This document shows positions 1 to 9,983 of a stretch of 64,000 nt of DNA, piece by piece (within the stretch, counting starts at the first letter, position 1; the number at the start of each line of letters is the position of its first letter). Location: assembly GCA_965205865.1 (NCBI GenBank), contig CBDBHR010000028.1:563656-627655 (forward strand). Direction: 5' to 3'. Origin of the DNA: a bacterium (GTDB taxonomy: Bacteria > SAR324 > NAC60-12). The position numbers were made by a program, and so were the translations under genes. The notes beneath the pieces were generated by a model. It saw only the letters and a program-made list of their open reading frames with translations, ran no database searches and was not told the DNA's origin.

Positions 1-205
1 GCATCAAGCAGTGATTCTCTATCTGGTCAACCGTACCGATTGCAACTCCTTTAGAATTGCGGAACATATCGACCCTCTTTATGCAAACGCCTTGCGGAAA
101 GCCGCGGAGTGCGGAGTGGAAATCCAAATCCATCAAACCCGCATTGAAATATCTCAGGACCAAGCTATCATTGAAATTGATAGACCCTTGACAATTAAAA
201 AATAG
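1..205 (+). CDS. sfsA: SfsA-like nuclease, C-terminal fragment (5' end lies outside the window)
   Basis: Translation ...FRIAEHIDPLYANALRKAAECGVEIQ... resembles the conserved SfsA C-terminus (F-PA-HID--YA-LL--A---GVEI); runs off the window edge. Confidence 0.45.
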   Translation, partial: HQAVILYLVNRTDCNSFRIAEHIDPLYANALRKAAECGVEIQIHQTRIEISQDQAIIEIDRPLTIKK

Positions 206-214
206 GTCAAGAGA

Positions 215-415
215 GCCGATCATTAGCCACACATTACTTGGGGGAATATTCAAAACTACAAGAATATAATCGGGCATGGTATGCCCTTCTGCCGGATCAA
301 GCCCCTTGCGTTTACAAAAATTACGCAAGATGGGATCCATCTGTTGGCGTTTGGCTCCATTAAATTGTTTTGCCCGATTTTTCGGAACAAACACAATATG
401 ATACTTGCGTATCCA
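215..415 (-). pseudogene. IS200/IS605-family TnpA (Y1 transposase) remnant, N- and C-terminally truncated
   Basis: Minus-strand translation LSQFEWIRKYHIVFVPKNRAKQFNGAKRQQMDPILRNFCKRKGLDPAEGHTMPDYILVVLNIPP matches the TnpA core (YHIV-VPK-R...IPPK); no start codon; a 26-bp palindrome lies next to it at 425-470. Confidence 0.4.
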
Positions 416-617
416 TTCAAACTGGGATAGTATTTAATACTCTCACATAGAATACTCTATGAGAGCTAACTCCTGAATTAGCAGTCTGTGGGGATTAATA
501 TCAGGCTGATTGGATGATCAATTATGGCAATTTCATTTCATAGGTCAAAAGCGTGTGATCAAAGTGTTACGACAACATTGATACAACTTTTGCCTCTGCA
601 ATATCTATAAAATCAAC

Positions 618-2783
618 ATGTCAAAGATTCATATACCTGTCTGGTTGAAACAAAGACCGATATTTCAAAATGATATATCTGAATTGCGACAAATGTTCTC
701 AGAGACGGACAATCAGCAATTTGGCAATATCACTTCCCAATTCCTGAAGGAATGTTATCGACGGTTGCCAGCCAGGTCCTTTTATAAACTGGTAAGGGTC
801 CTAGGCTTTTATGGAGTCCAATTTAGTGGGAAACTTGCTCCTTATAGTATTCACCTGGAACCTTTGCCCCTTCTTATAAATATTCCCCAACGCTACTGGG
901 AAGAACCATGTCCATCTTTTGATTCCTCTCTTTCCTCTTATTTTCTCTCATTAGGCATTCATCAGCTCAAGCAATTGCATGGTATTCCAAGGGTTAGTCT
1001 CAATCATGCTACCAAATTTTGGGGAAATTTGCATCACAGACAAAAAATTTCTCCTGAAATTGCATCAAGATGGTTTCATGCTTCATTCACCAAAGCTCAT
1101 AAAGATTTTTTTAAGCGCAATACTCAAACAGATGTTTATGCGGCAAAAGAAAATTCAGTAAAAATAATCCTGGAAAATAAGGCAGTCAAACAAGTTTTGT
1201 TGCAACCGATTGACATACTAAACCTGTCAGAACGTTCTGGTAATTGTCTAAAATCCGTTGATATCCACACAATAGGAGAGTTGATTCAAAAAAATGAGAA
1301 GGAATTGCTTAAAATATGGAGCTTTGGAAGAAAATCTCTTCGTGAAATAAATCAAAAGCTATCCGGTTTCGGACTTCATTTAGGTATGAATAATGCCCCT
1401 CCGGATATTATAAAACCAATAATCGGAGTAGATTTAGTTTCAGAAGAAACCCTCTCTAAATTGAACACCTTATTATCTGATATAAAACTTACAGTAAGGA
1501 GTAAGAACGCTTTAGAATTACGTGGTATGAAATACATTTGGGAGCTGATTATCTTAAAGGAATCTGCTTTGAAACAAACAAAAAATATAGGAAGGAAATC
1601 CATTGATGAGTTTAAAAAGATTGTTGCGGATATAGGCTTCCAATTAGGAATGCAATTCACTCCGGATCAAATCGAAACGATTCAAAAATATCAAATAGAT
1701 ACACCGGAATTTTCCGGTAAATGGTTTGTTCATATAGTGCAAGACCCGCTCTTGCTTCATCTGGACTTTCTCAACAAAAACAAGAAAATTATTGTTCACG
1801 AGAGAGTATGGAAACGTGAAAAAAAATACAAATTGATAGATATTGCGCAAAAATTGAATATAAGTCGTGAACGTGCTCGTCAAATTGAAAGCCAAGCTCT
1901 CAAGGAAATCAAACAACAATTTCAAAAAGAATTGAGAGATGCTACGGCTGATATACGGGAGCAAGTTGAGGCATTGGGAGGAATCGCCAATCTGGAGGAT
2001 CTCAAATTTCAAATAGATTTCTCTGTACAGGAACAAATCATCATGGATAGTTTGCTGTCATTGCAGGATGAACCAGTTTATATTGACTGGGAATGCAGAT
2101 TGATTTGCAACAAAGGCAACTCTTGGATTGTCTCTCTGTGTAGTGACATAAAAAAACTGTTGCAAAAAAATATTTCCCAAAGTGTTTTCTTTACTCTGCA
2201 GGAAGTTGAAAATGCTGTTGAACAAATTAGCAGTCAATATAAAATATTCCGAAACAGCCACATTCAGAATTTAGTCCGGCGATTTCTTCATGAAGAAGAA
2301 ATATCTGAAGTTGGAAGATATTTACATTTTGGACGCACAACTAAACGAGATAAATTGGCATTTGCTTTCAAAGAACTATTCCCTCAAGGATTGGAAATTT
2401 ACAAGCAACGAGAATTGCTCTTGAAGAGGATTATAGAATTTGATCCTCAAACTTACCGGAATATGAAAATGCAGAGGATTGAGATCTTATTGACCGCTCA
2501 TTCGGACATCATGCTTTGGGGAAAAAGATTTATGATTCATAAAGAACATCTTTCATTTGATATCGATATTGCTAAACATGTTACTGCCTGGATCAAGCAA
2601 CGATTCGAACAGGGATATTCCCAATTTCGGGTTCATTTACCCTACAATCAATTTAAAACTCAATTACAACAAAATGGCATTCCCAATCCTTATGCGCTTT
2701 ACACCGTTTTGAGAAATATCCAGGATGAACGAATTGGACAAAAAAGATTTCCAACAATTGTTGATTTGGATGCAGACGTCTAA
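618..2783 (+). CDS. Hypothetical 721-aa protein with two RpoA alpha-CTD-like HhH domains and a sigma-70 region-4-like HTH
   Basis: [57 protein letters not shown] and [55 protein letters not shown] match the alpha-CTD motif (LxLSxRSxNCLK...ELLK..N.G.KSL.EI...L...GL.LGM); [26 protein letters not shown] resembles sigma-70 region 4.2; low GC compared with neighbours. Confidence 0.6.
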   Translation: MSKIHIPVWLKQRPIFQNDISELRQMFSETDNQQFGNITSQFLKECYRRLPARSFYKLVRVLGFYGVQFSGKLAPYSIHLEPLPLLINIPQRYWEEPCPSFDSSLSSYFLSLGIHQLKQLHGIPRVSLNHATKFWGNLHHRQKISPEIASRWFHASFTKAHKDFFKRNTQTDVYAAKENSVKIILENKAVKQVLLQPIDILNLSERSGNCLKSVDIHTIGELIQKNEKELLKIWSFGRKSLREINQKLSGFGLHLGMNNAPPDIIKPIIGVDLVSEETLSKLNTLLSDIKLTVRSKNALELRGMKYIWELIILKESALKQTKNIGRKSIDEFKKIVADIGFQLGMQFTPDQIETIQKYQIDTPEFSGKWFVHIVQDPLLLHLDFLNKNKKIIVHERVWKREKKYKLIDIAQKLNISRERARQIESQALKEIKQQFQKELRDATADIREQVEALGGIANLEDLKFQIDFSVQEQIIMDSLLSLQDEPVYIDWECRLICNKGNSWIVSLCSDIKKLLQKNISQSVFFTLQEVENAVEQISSQYKIFRNSHIQNLVRRFLHEEEISEVGRYLHFGRTTKRDKLAFAFKELFPQGLEIYKQRELLLKRIIEFDPQTYRNMKMQRIEILLTAHSDIMLWGKRFMIHKEHLSFDIDIAKHVTAWIKQRFEQGYSQFRVHLPYNQFKTQLQQNGIPNPYALYTVLRNIQDERIGQKRFPTIVDLDADV

Positions 2784-3249
2784 CTGAAAGAATGCGCCTC
2801 AGAAGAACTCGAAAACTATTTTTGAGAAAAATGACACTGTTCCAAATGAAGTTCTAAAAAGAGAATTTCTCACGAAGAAAGGATGGAAAGAATATCATTT
2901 GCAACAAAATTTAAATCGTTCTGAAAAAGCTTCTTTTCAAAAACTACACGCCATCAATGCTTCTCTTGCTTTATAAATCCATCTTGAGCAAGTTGTCTGC
3001 CCGTAACATCAGCTAATTTACACTATCAATTTGTTCACGAAATGCTGCTTCGCTAAATCGGAGAGCAAGCGAATCCCGAGAGATTCCCAAACCGAAATTG
3101 ATAACCGCCGAAACAACCCATTCTCCGTCTAGCAGTATTATTCCAGTTGCTCTGGCCCGAAATTCTTCGTTACCACTGAAACGACCTGTTGTCACCAACA
3201 TGCCAATCGACCCTTTTCGCTCTCCTTTAGAAGCATTTGAGTCATAAGT

Positions 3250-3483
3250 AACCTGAGTTCGACATAAATCTTCAATAATATGAGTATCCTAGTGTATATG
3301 TCATCCTCGCGAAACTTGTCCTCGCGAAAGCGGGGAGCGGGGATCCGGATTTCAGTCTGGCTGTATACCTCCGGATTCCTTCCCTGCGTACGCAGGGATC
3401 TCGCAGGAATGACAAGGTTTCTCTAAGATATGAAGATTCCATAACATATTGAATTTATTAAATTCTTATCTCGAACTCAGGTT
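3250..3483 (+). mobile_element. MITE-A copy 1 (~234-bp non-autonomous element with 15-bp terminal inverted repeats)
   Basis: Termini aacctgagttcgaca ... tctcgaactcaggtt are inverted repeats; the core gtcatcctcgcgaaacttgtcctcgcgaaagcggggagc recurs at 30557, 42581 and (reverse complement) 60124. Confidence 0.6.
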
Positions 3484-4080
3484 AAGTAGTCATCCTCTGG
3501 AGTGTTGGTGCCTGTTCTCAGCAAAATTCACCCTGTGAAGTGTTGGGATTTTGCAAATAGATGGTGTTTTCCGGTGCGTTTCCCCCGGTTTTCAGGGTAA
3601 CAACACTCAAGAGGGAGACTATCAGTTTTTTTGAAGTGACAAAAAAGTTATATTATCCAGTCAGGACAAAATTTCCCAATTCACTTTGCTCTCTCTTGCC
3701 TTACCCGGTGACGAGAGGATCGATCAGCGTCAACAAAGGCAGATTGGATTTTGACATGCCGGAGCAAACGATTGACAAGGAAAAATTGATTGTAGCATTG
3801 AACCGCTTGATTTCGGAAAACCATTGTGTGGAAACTCAATGGAACCACGAACCAGAACTGTAAGCCATTCAAAACTTGGAGGTGGCACCATGTCCGCGCA
3901 ACCGCCAAGAGGGCAAGGAAGAGTTCGTCTGGTCCATGTCAAGGGGTTAGATTTGCAATCCTGCGGATGCGCCTAACTTTCCAGAGCCGGCGAAATCGGC
4001 AAGTTTCTTCTCAGAAAAATAGAAAAGAAAGGGAAACAGAATCGTCGGGTAACAATTGTCTTTGATGAAAGACTGATCCT

Positions 4081-4917
4081 TCAAGAATAGTTTCCGGCTA
4101 TCTCAGCACAGCGCTGCAACAATGGCAAAACAGAGTCCGCCGGTTCGGGCGGTAAAGGGAAAAGCAGGCGATCCACTCCCAGTGCCACGTACTTTTCCAC
4201 TACTTCAGCTTTTGCCGGAATCCCAAATACAGTCACCGGGATTGGTTCCCTGCCTGCTTCTTCGGTCAGTTGCTTTAATTCTAAAATGCGGTCCTTGAGA
4301 TCTTCGCTTCGTCCAATGGGCATCCATTCGTCTCCATAACGCAAAACCCGCTTGAGCGTGTTGGCGCCATTGCCTCCCACAATAATGGGAGGATGTGGTT
4401 TTTGCGCAGGTTTCGGCCAAGACCAGATGGAATCGAAATTGACGAATTCGCCGTGGTATTCTGCTTCGTCCTCGGTCCAAATTGCTTTCATGGCTTCAAT
4501 CCGTTCTCGCAGCACTTTCCAGCGACGGGTTGGGTCGGTGCCATGATTTTCCATCTCCTCGAGGTTCCATCCCCCACCAATTCCAAAGAGCACACGCCCA
4601 TTGGAGAGAAAATCAAGACTGGCGACTTCTTTGGCCAGGACAATGGGATCCCGTTCGATGACCAGACAAATTCCGGTGCCCAGTTTGATGTCTTTGGTGG
4701 CGGCCGCCACAGCTCCAAGTGCGACAAAAGGATCGTGGGTATGTGAGTACTCCCGGGGGAGTTCTGCGCCTCCAGGCCAGGGACTGAGCCGACTCGTCGG
4801 AATATGGGTGTGCTCTGGGAAAAAAATCGATTCAAACCCGTGGGCTTCGGCCGCCTTTCCCAGTTCAACCGGTTGGATGGCATAATCGGTTGGAAACATG
4901 CAAATACCAAACTTCAT
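4081..4917 (-). CDS. LLM-class (luciferase-like) flavin/F420-dependent oxidoreductase
   Basis: MKFGICMFPTDY... with GGW and the LLM fold pattern; RBS aggaga upstream of the ATG at 4917; the longer ORF extension upstream is likely spurious. Confidence 0.65.
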   Translation of the reverse strand: MKFGICMFPTDYAIQPVELGKAAEAHGFESIFFPEHTHIPTSRLSPWPGGAELPREYSHTHDPFVALGAVAAATKDIKLGTGICLVIERDPIVLAKEVASLDFLSNGRVLFGIGGGWNLEEMENHGTDPTRRWKVLRERIEAMKAIWTEDEAEYHGEFVNFDSIWSWPKPAQKPHPPIIVGGNGANTLKRVLRYGDEWMPIGRSEDLKDRILELKQLTEEAGREPIPVTVFGIPAKAEVVEKYVALGVDRLLFPLPPEPADSVLPLLQRCAEIAGNYS

Positions 4918-5226
4918 AAATATCTCCTGTAATGTAACGAAAAATTTGAGAGTCGATTCAACAAAAAGGTTGTTTTCTTGTGACAAAAACAACTGCTTAC
5001 CCCTGTGAAATAGATCACTCTTGCAAGATTCGCAACCTTTTTCTATAGTACTGCAAATAATCATTTCAGAAAGTTCGCGTGGGCGGGATGCTCCCTCTAC
5101 TCATCCAATTATCTGAAAGTCGATAGAAACTTTTATGCATATCTGGTTACCATGCAGGAAAAAATCATTTGCACGATCAGTGGATTGAAATGTACGGGAA
5201 TGAATCGTGATGATTTCATGTCAATA

Positions 5227-5397
5227 AGGAATGAAATTTAAATAAGTTAGAAGTATGGATACGCAAAATTAGGGTACACGTAACAGCAGGCATAAAACAG
5301 TAGAGTTGGGATGCGAAGCGGTGTACATGTCCCCCAATTTTGCTCACACCATTGGAAGAATTACAGGTTATTTAAGGTTTGTTCCTAAACATAAACA
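5227..5397 (+). repeat. Repeat family C copy 1 (~170 bp), immediately upstream of the hydrolase gene
   Basis: Near-identical to the reverse complement of 57246-57405; ends 18 bp before the start codon at 5416. Confidence 0.6.
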
Positions 5398-5415
5398 GAA
5401 AGGAAAGGTTTAGAA

Positions 5416-6138
5416 ATGCCAGTATTCAATCGCGACGATATTCAAATTTATTTTGAAGATAATGGATCCGGATTCCCGATTTTGTTCATTGCCCCTGGAG
5501 GGATGCGCTCCTCCATACCCATGTGGAAAGGGCAAGCCTGGAATCTCATCGAGCAACTCTCATCCAGCTACCGTGTAATTGCAATGGATCAACGCAACGC
5601 GGGTCAATCCAGTGCCCCTATTCGAGCAAGTGATGGCTGGCACGTATACAAGGAAGATCAACTCGCCTTGCTGGATCATCTTGGAGTGGATCGTTTTCAT
5701 ATCGTGGGAATGTGCATCGGTGGCCCATACGGCATGGGGCTCATCCAAGCAGTTCCGCAAAGAGTGGCATCCTTCGTTATTTTTCAGTCCATTGGGCTGT
5801 TCAACAACCGCGATGTATTTTTTGGACTGTTCGACAGTTGGGCGGATGAACTGAAACCCAGCCGTCCTGAAGTATGCGGAGAAATTTGGGCTGCTTTCAA
5901 AAAATCGATGTTTCAAGGTGAATTTCTTTTCAACGTCTCCCGTGAGTTTGTCTCACAGTGCGAAACCCCCATGCTGGTCCTGCAGGGCAACGACCAATTC
6001 CATCCTGCGGAAATATCAAAAGAAATTGTATCCCTGGCGCCGAATGCGACCCTTGTCGAATTTTGGCAAGAACCCAAACATCTACCAGATGCCAAGCAGG
6101 AAGTGGAGCGATTTCTTGCAACATGGAGTAAAGAATAA
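5416..6138 (+). CDS. Alpha/beta-fold hydrolase
   Basis: 240 aa; ILFIAPGGMRSS..., HIVGMCIGG nucleophile-elbow-like motif (G-x-C-x-G). Confidence 0.55.
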   Translation: MPVFNRDDIQIYFEDNGSGFPILFIAPGGMRSSIPMWKGQAWNLIEQLSSSYRVIAMDQRNAGQSSAPIRASDGWHVYKEDQLALLDHLGVDRFHIVGMCIGGPYGMGLIQAVPQRVASFVIFQSIGLFNNRDVFFGLFDSWADELKPSRPEVCGEIWAAFKKSMFQGEFLFNVSREFVSQCETPMLVLQGNDQFHPAEISKEIVSLAPNATLVEFWQEPKHLPDAKQEVERFLATWSKE

Positions 6139-6179
6139 CGGGCAAGGATATCGAGTTTCATGATAGTGTCGTCTGCCAC

Positions 6180-6676
6180 TATCGTCGGCACTAACTCGGT
6201 AAATAGGCTTCGTGGAATTTTTCCTTCACGATCCCTTTCGAAATCCATTCATAAATCTGCTCGCGCGAGTACCCGAGTTGCATCAGCTGCGCGCATCCAT
6301 GCTTGCGTAGCGCAATGAATGCTAAAGGGCGCACCGGCGTCGTTCATCAACTCGATCCAATGCGTGGCTGGTTTTTCAACGATTCATCACACCAATTCTG
6401 AAATTCTCAATCACAACATCGGCAAACTGAATCAACCGCCCGGCACTTTTCAAACCCTCCGATGTCTTCAAATCAAATTGGAGTGTTTTCTTACCCCTGC
6501 TTGAACACTGCGTTGACCGGTCCGTGATTGTCGGGCTTGTTCGGTCGATCGTTTTTTATCATCTCAGCTCCCTGGTCTGCCAACAACATGCCAGTCAATG
6601 GTCCGGCAATATAGCGCCCAAAATCTATAACTCGAATCCCAGCTAGGGGAGTTCGTGCATCCGATGACGTATCCAT
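6180..6676 (-). pseudogene. CoA-transferase family III (CaiB/BaiF) remnant, frameshifted and truncated
   Basis: [43 protein letters not shown] (N-terminal signature) continues in another frame as LQFDLKTSEGLKSAGRLIQFADVVIENFRIGVMNR; total coding capacity is far below the ~400 aa of this family. Confidence 0.5.
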
Positions 6677-6770
6677 TATGAAAGACCTTTCAAAGAATGT
6701 GGAAAATTGAAGGAGTTTGTCTTTCCAAGGAGTCGAAAAGGAAACGTTCGTGCTAGTTTGCTCATTTTGC

Positions 6771-8015
6771 TCAGTAGACTTCGACAGATCGTTGTCTGGC
6801 GGAATAGACAAGAGGCACAACGATTAAAATCATGAAAATAGTGACTATTCCGATGATAGGAACACCTACGAGTCGTTCATTTTTAATCGTGAGCAGAGGC
6901 GTAGCCCAGAGGCCTCCTACTCCCATGGAAAGATTGGCAACGATCATGCTCATCGACATCAACCGTCCTCTCTTGTATATGGGGACTGATTCGGTTAGCA
7001 TCAAATAGAGAATCAAATAGTTGAAACGCGGGCATTCTCATCGAACCGCCTAACATCATGCCTGCCATAAATAATCCTGCCAGAATCGCGGGAAAAGGAA
7101 TATTGGTAAAAAAGAATAAGACAATTCCCATGATCATCGATCCCATAATGACAACATTCGATTCGATTTTGAAAAAAACCTCAACATAAGTCCGGATAGT
7201 TGATTGCCAATCACGCCCCCAATTCCCCCTTGCATATAGCAAAGACCAACCTGGGTTGCACTCATTCCCATATTCATTGTAAGCCAAATCCCCATATTGG
7301 GGATCAAACCAAAAAGTCCTACTAACATAAAGAACTGAGCAAGAAAAAGTTTCCGCGGTACTTTCAAGTTCCACAATTGAAACAGTTCGAGATACTGGAT
7401 AATAATTTTATCCGGTTTGATCCCGGTCTCGGCAGGTCTCATCTTGGTTATACCAAAGATGCAAAAAATCGTAGCAAATGCGACGATATAAAAAGGAGCT
7501 TGCCAGGAGAAATAATCTCCAGTCCAGGCGCCAAAAGGAACGCCAAGAATAGAGGAGGTCGCAAAACCGAGCATGACGGTCGTCATGGCTTTGGTCCGTT
7601 GCTCTCCCTGAAAAAGGTCTCCCGTGAAGGCGAGGATATTGGGCATGATAGGGCCGCCAAAGAGAGCAGAGACAATTCGAAAAGTAAAAATCGTCAAAAC
7701 ATTGTATGAAAGCGCACAACCTAAGGTGGCAAGGCAGAATCCGCAGGAGAGAATGATCAACATCTTTTTTCGACCCCACCGATCTGAAAAAGGGGCTGTC
7801 ACCAATGCGGAAATCGCAGCCACCAAAGGATAGACGGCAATTAAATAACCACTTCTCTCCGGAGCCAGCCCAACGGCTTCAGAAATGCTGGCACCCAGTG
7901 GAACCATCATGAGATGGTCCATAAAAACAAAGAAAAATAATAAAAAAAGTGGAAGAACTTGAAAAAACACGTTGCCGTGTCTGTCAGGATAATCGGGTTG
8001 GGGGGAATTTGTCAT
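6771..8015 (-). pseudogene. MFS transporter pseudogene (two or more frameshifts)
   Basis: Three consecutive minus-strand ORFs (7134-8015, 6883-7374, 6771-7016) together read like one 12-TM MFS protein. Confidence 0.55.
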
Positions 8016-8148
8016 AAAATATCTAAATTAGTTTTTAAAATCTATCTATCCGACTTGCCAATGCATGAAAACAATCCACTTTCCTGCAAATCGTTTTTTC
8101 ACGTCATCACGTCGTATCTCCACAACTTTCCGGACCGCATCGATTTTT

Positions 8149-9405
8149 TCAGTCCAGCAAGCTCGCGAATTCACGACGCAGCAGATCCAGCGATTCCGCA
8201 GTCCCCATACGTTGGATGCGTATTGGGTCGCCAAAAGTAAGCAATTGGCGTTGACGTGTCTTGTGAGGAGTGGCGAGAGCTACAAATACGATACCGGTAT
8301 TTCGGTCGCCGGCACCTTTTTTAATCTTTCCAATGCCAGTCGTTGCCAAACCATAAGTCGCCCCACTGCGTCTGCGAATGGACTGGGCCAGAGCACAGGC
8401 CACTGGAGCGGAAACCGGCCCATGTTCAAATAAGAGATGTTCAGAAACCCCGAATTCATACAAAGAATCATGGGGGCCCAAGACAAGCGACTGGGCAAGC
8501 CAGTCAGACTGGGCATTGAAGGCGCTACAAGTGGCTGTCAAGTGGCCTCCGGTACTGATTTCCAGCAGGGCAATCCGTTCTTGGCGATTTAGCAACTGTC
8601 GCGCGACCACTTCCACGAGGCTTCCTCCAGGCTCTGCCAATCCTTCAGTGGCAAAAATAGAATTTCCAATGCGAGCTGCAACGTCCCGGACAACGGCCTG
8701 CAGTTCGTTATCCGGAAAATCGCCGGGAAAACGCAATTTGACTTGGTTTTCCGGATGCATGGTCCGAAAACTGAGCGTCACCCTAGGGTGGTTGAAGGAA
8801 CCTATCTGTTCCTGCAGGGTGGACTCGCCAATGCCCACGGTACGAAAGGTAATCAGACGGCTGGGCTCGAGTTGGAATCGCTTGTACAGTAAAGGTTCCA
8901 CGCGATGTGGGATCATTTGTTTCATCTCGCGCGGCACTCCCGGTAAAAAGGCCAACCAGGAATGTCCTTGCTCGATTGCAAAACCGGGTGCCGTTCCCCA
9001 GTGGTTGTCCAATCGGATGGCGCCTCGAGGCAAATATGCCTGCTTGCGGTTGACATCGGACATAGGACGATTCACCCGTTTGAAAAAACCGGCAATATGT
9101 TCCAAAGCAATAGTATCCAGTTGCAAGGGGCGATCAAAGGCTTCCGCGACTGCTTGTGCCGTCAAATCATCTTCCGTGGGACCCAAGCCTCCGGTGCAGA
9201 TACAAAGAGAGGATCGCGCTGCAGCGTCGCGGACCAGATCACGAATGTCTCCGAGCCGGTCTCCGACCGCAGTATGGCGCAGGACAGTGAATCCCAGTTC
9301 AGTCAAGCGTTCCGAAATCCAAGCGGCATTCGTATCCACCGTCTGTCCGGTGACCACCTCATCTCCCTGTGACAGTATTTCAGCGCTGTGTGCCGTCGTT
9401 GTCAT
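8149..9405 (-). CDS. cinA: CinA-family protein (MoCF-binding domain plus nicotinamide-nucleotide amidohydrolase PncC domain)
   Basis: EILSQGDEVVTGQTVDTNAAWISERL... in the N-terminus and a PncC-like C-terminus; overlaps the upstream VOC gene, suggesting an operon. Confidence 0.7.
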   Translation of the reverse strand: MTTTAHSAEILSQGDEVVTGQTVDTNAAWISERLTELGFTVLRHTAVGDRLGDIRDLVRDAAARSSLCICTGGLGPTEDDLTAQAVAEAFDRPLQLDTIALEHIAGFFKRVNRPMSDVNRKQAYLPRGAIRLDNHWGTAPGFAIEQGHSWLAFLPGVPREMKQMIPHRVEPLLYKRFQLEPSRLITFRTVGIGESTLQEQIGSFNHPRVTLSFRTMHPENQVKLRFPGDFPDNELQAVVRDVAARIGNSIFATEGLAEPGGSLVEVVARQLLNRQERIALLEISTGGHLTATCSAFNAQSDWLAQSLVLGPHDSLYEFGVSEHLLFEHGPVSAPVACALAQSIRRRSGATYGLATTGIGKIKKGAGDRNTGIVFVALATPHKTRQRQLLTFGDPIRIQRMGTAESLDLLRREFASLLD

Positions 9406-9425
9406 GGTTTCCAATGGCGTTGGCG

Positions 9426-9818
9426 TTAAGCCCAATAATTCAATTCGACCTTGATCCCGTTGGGATCATGCAGGAAAATCTGATACAATCCCGTTCCAGG
9501 TACTTCTCTTTCTTCGAATTCAATAGAATGACGTTTGATACGTTTACGCAGTTTGTTGGGCTCTGTGATATTGAAGGCAATGTGATCGACAGCCCCGGAG
9601 CCTTTCATTTCTTTAGTATCCTTACGTTTCTTCAAGGTTTTGCGGTCCACTCCAATCAAGTGTACGACGGGCACTTTTCCTATATAAAGCCAGTAACCGG
9701 GAAAATTAAAATCGGGGCGCTTCCCGTCTTTCATTCCCAATACATCCACAAAAAAATTACGAGTTTTCTTCAACTCAATAGTACGAATCGAACAATGGTG
9801 AAGTACAGTCAGAGGCAT
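9426..9818 (-). CDS. VOC-family (glyoxalase/bleomycin-resistance fold) protein
   Basis: 130 aa; HHCSIRTIELKKTRNFFVDVLGM...HIAFNI pattern. Confidence 0.5.
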   Translation of the reverse strand: MPLTVLHHCSIRTIELKKTRNFFVDVLGMKDGKRPDFNFPGYWLYIGKVPVVHLIGVDRKTLKKRKDTKEMKGSGAVDHIAFNITEPNKLRKRIKRHSIEFEEREVPGTGLYQIFLHDPNGIKVELNYWA

Positions 9819-9983
9819 AGGATTCCTGTTAGAGTAAGGTGAAAGAAATTTACTTTTTCAAGAAAGTGAAAGATTATAGAGAGCTAGAAGATAACACCAC
9901 TTCCGCATAAATTTCAACTCGAATTATGACAATAGCGCTGACGCATCGATATTAGCTCTTTTATACCTCTTTTCAGCAAGAAA

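Noticed and set aside
3250-3270. MITE-A terminus (gagttcgac) resembling a tRNA T-arm; considered a tRNA-derived element or tRNA gene
   Set aside because: No acceptor-stem or anticodon-arm complementarity could be built around it. The same sequence is simply the element's TIR.
8378-9454. 358-aa plus-strand ORF
   Set aside because: Entirely antisense to the well-supported CinA gene. Arg/Ser/Pro-rich composition typical of antisense GC-rich frames.
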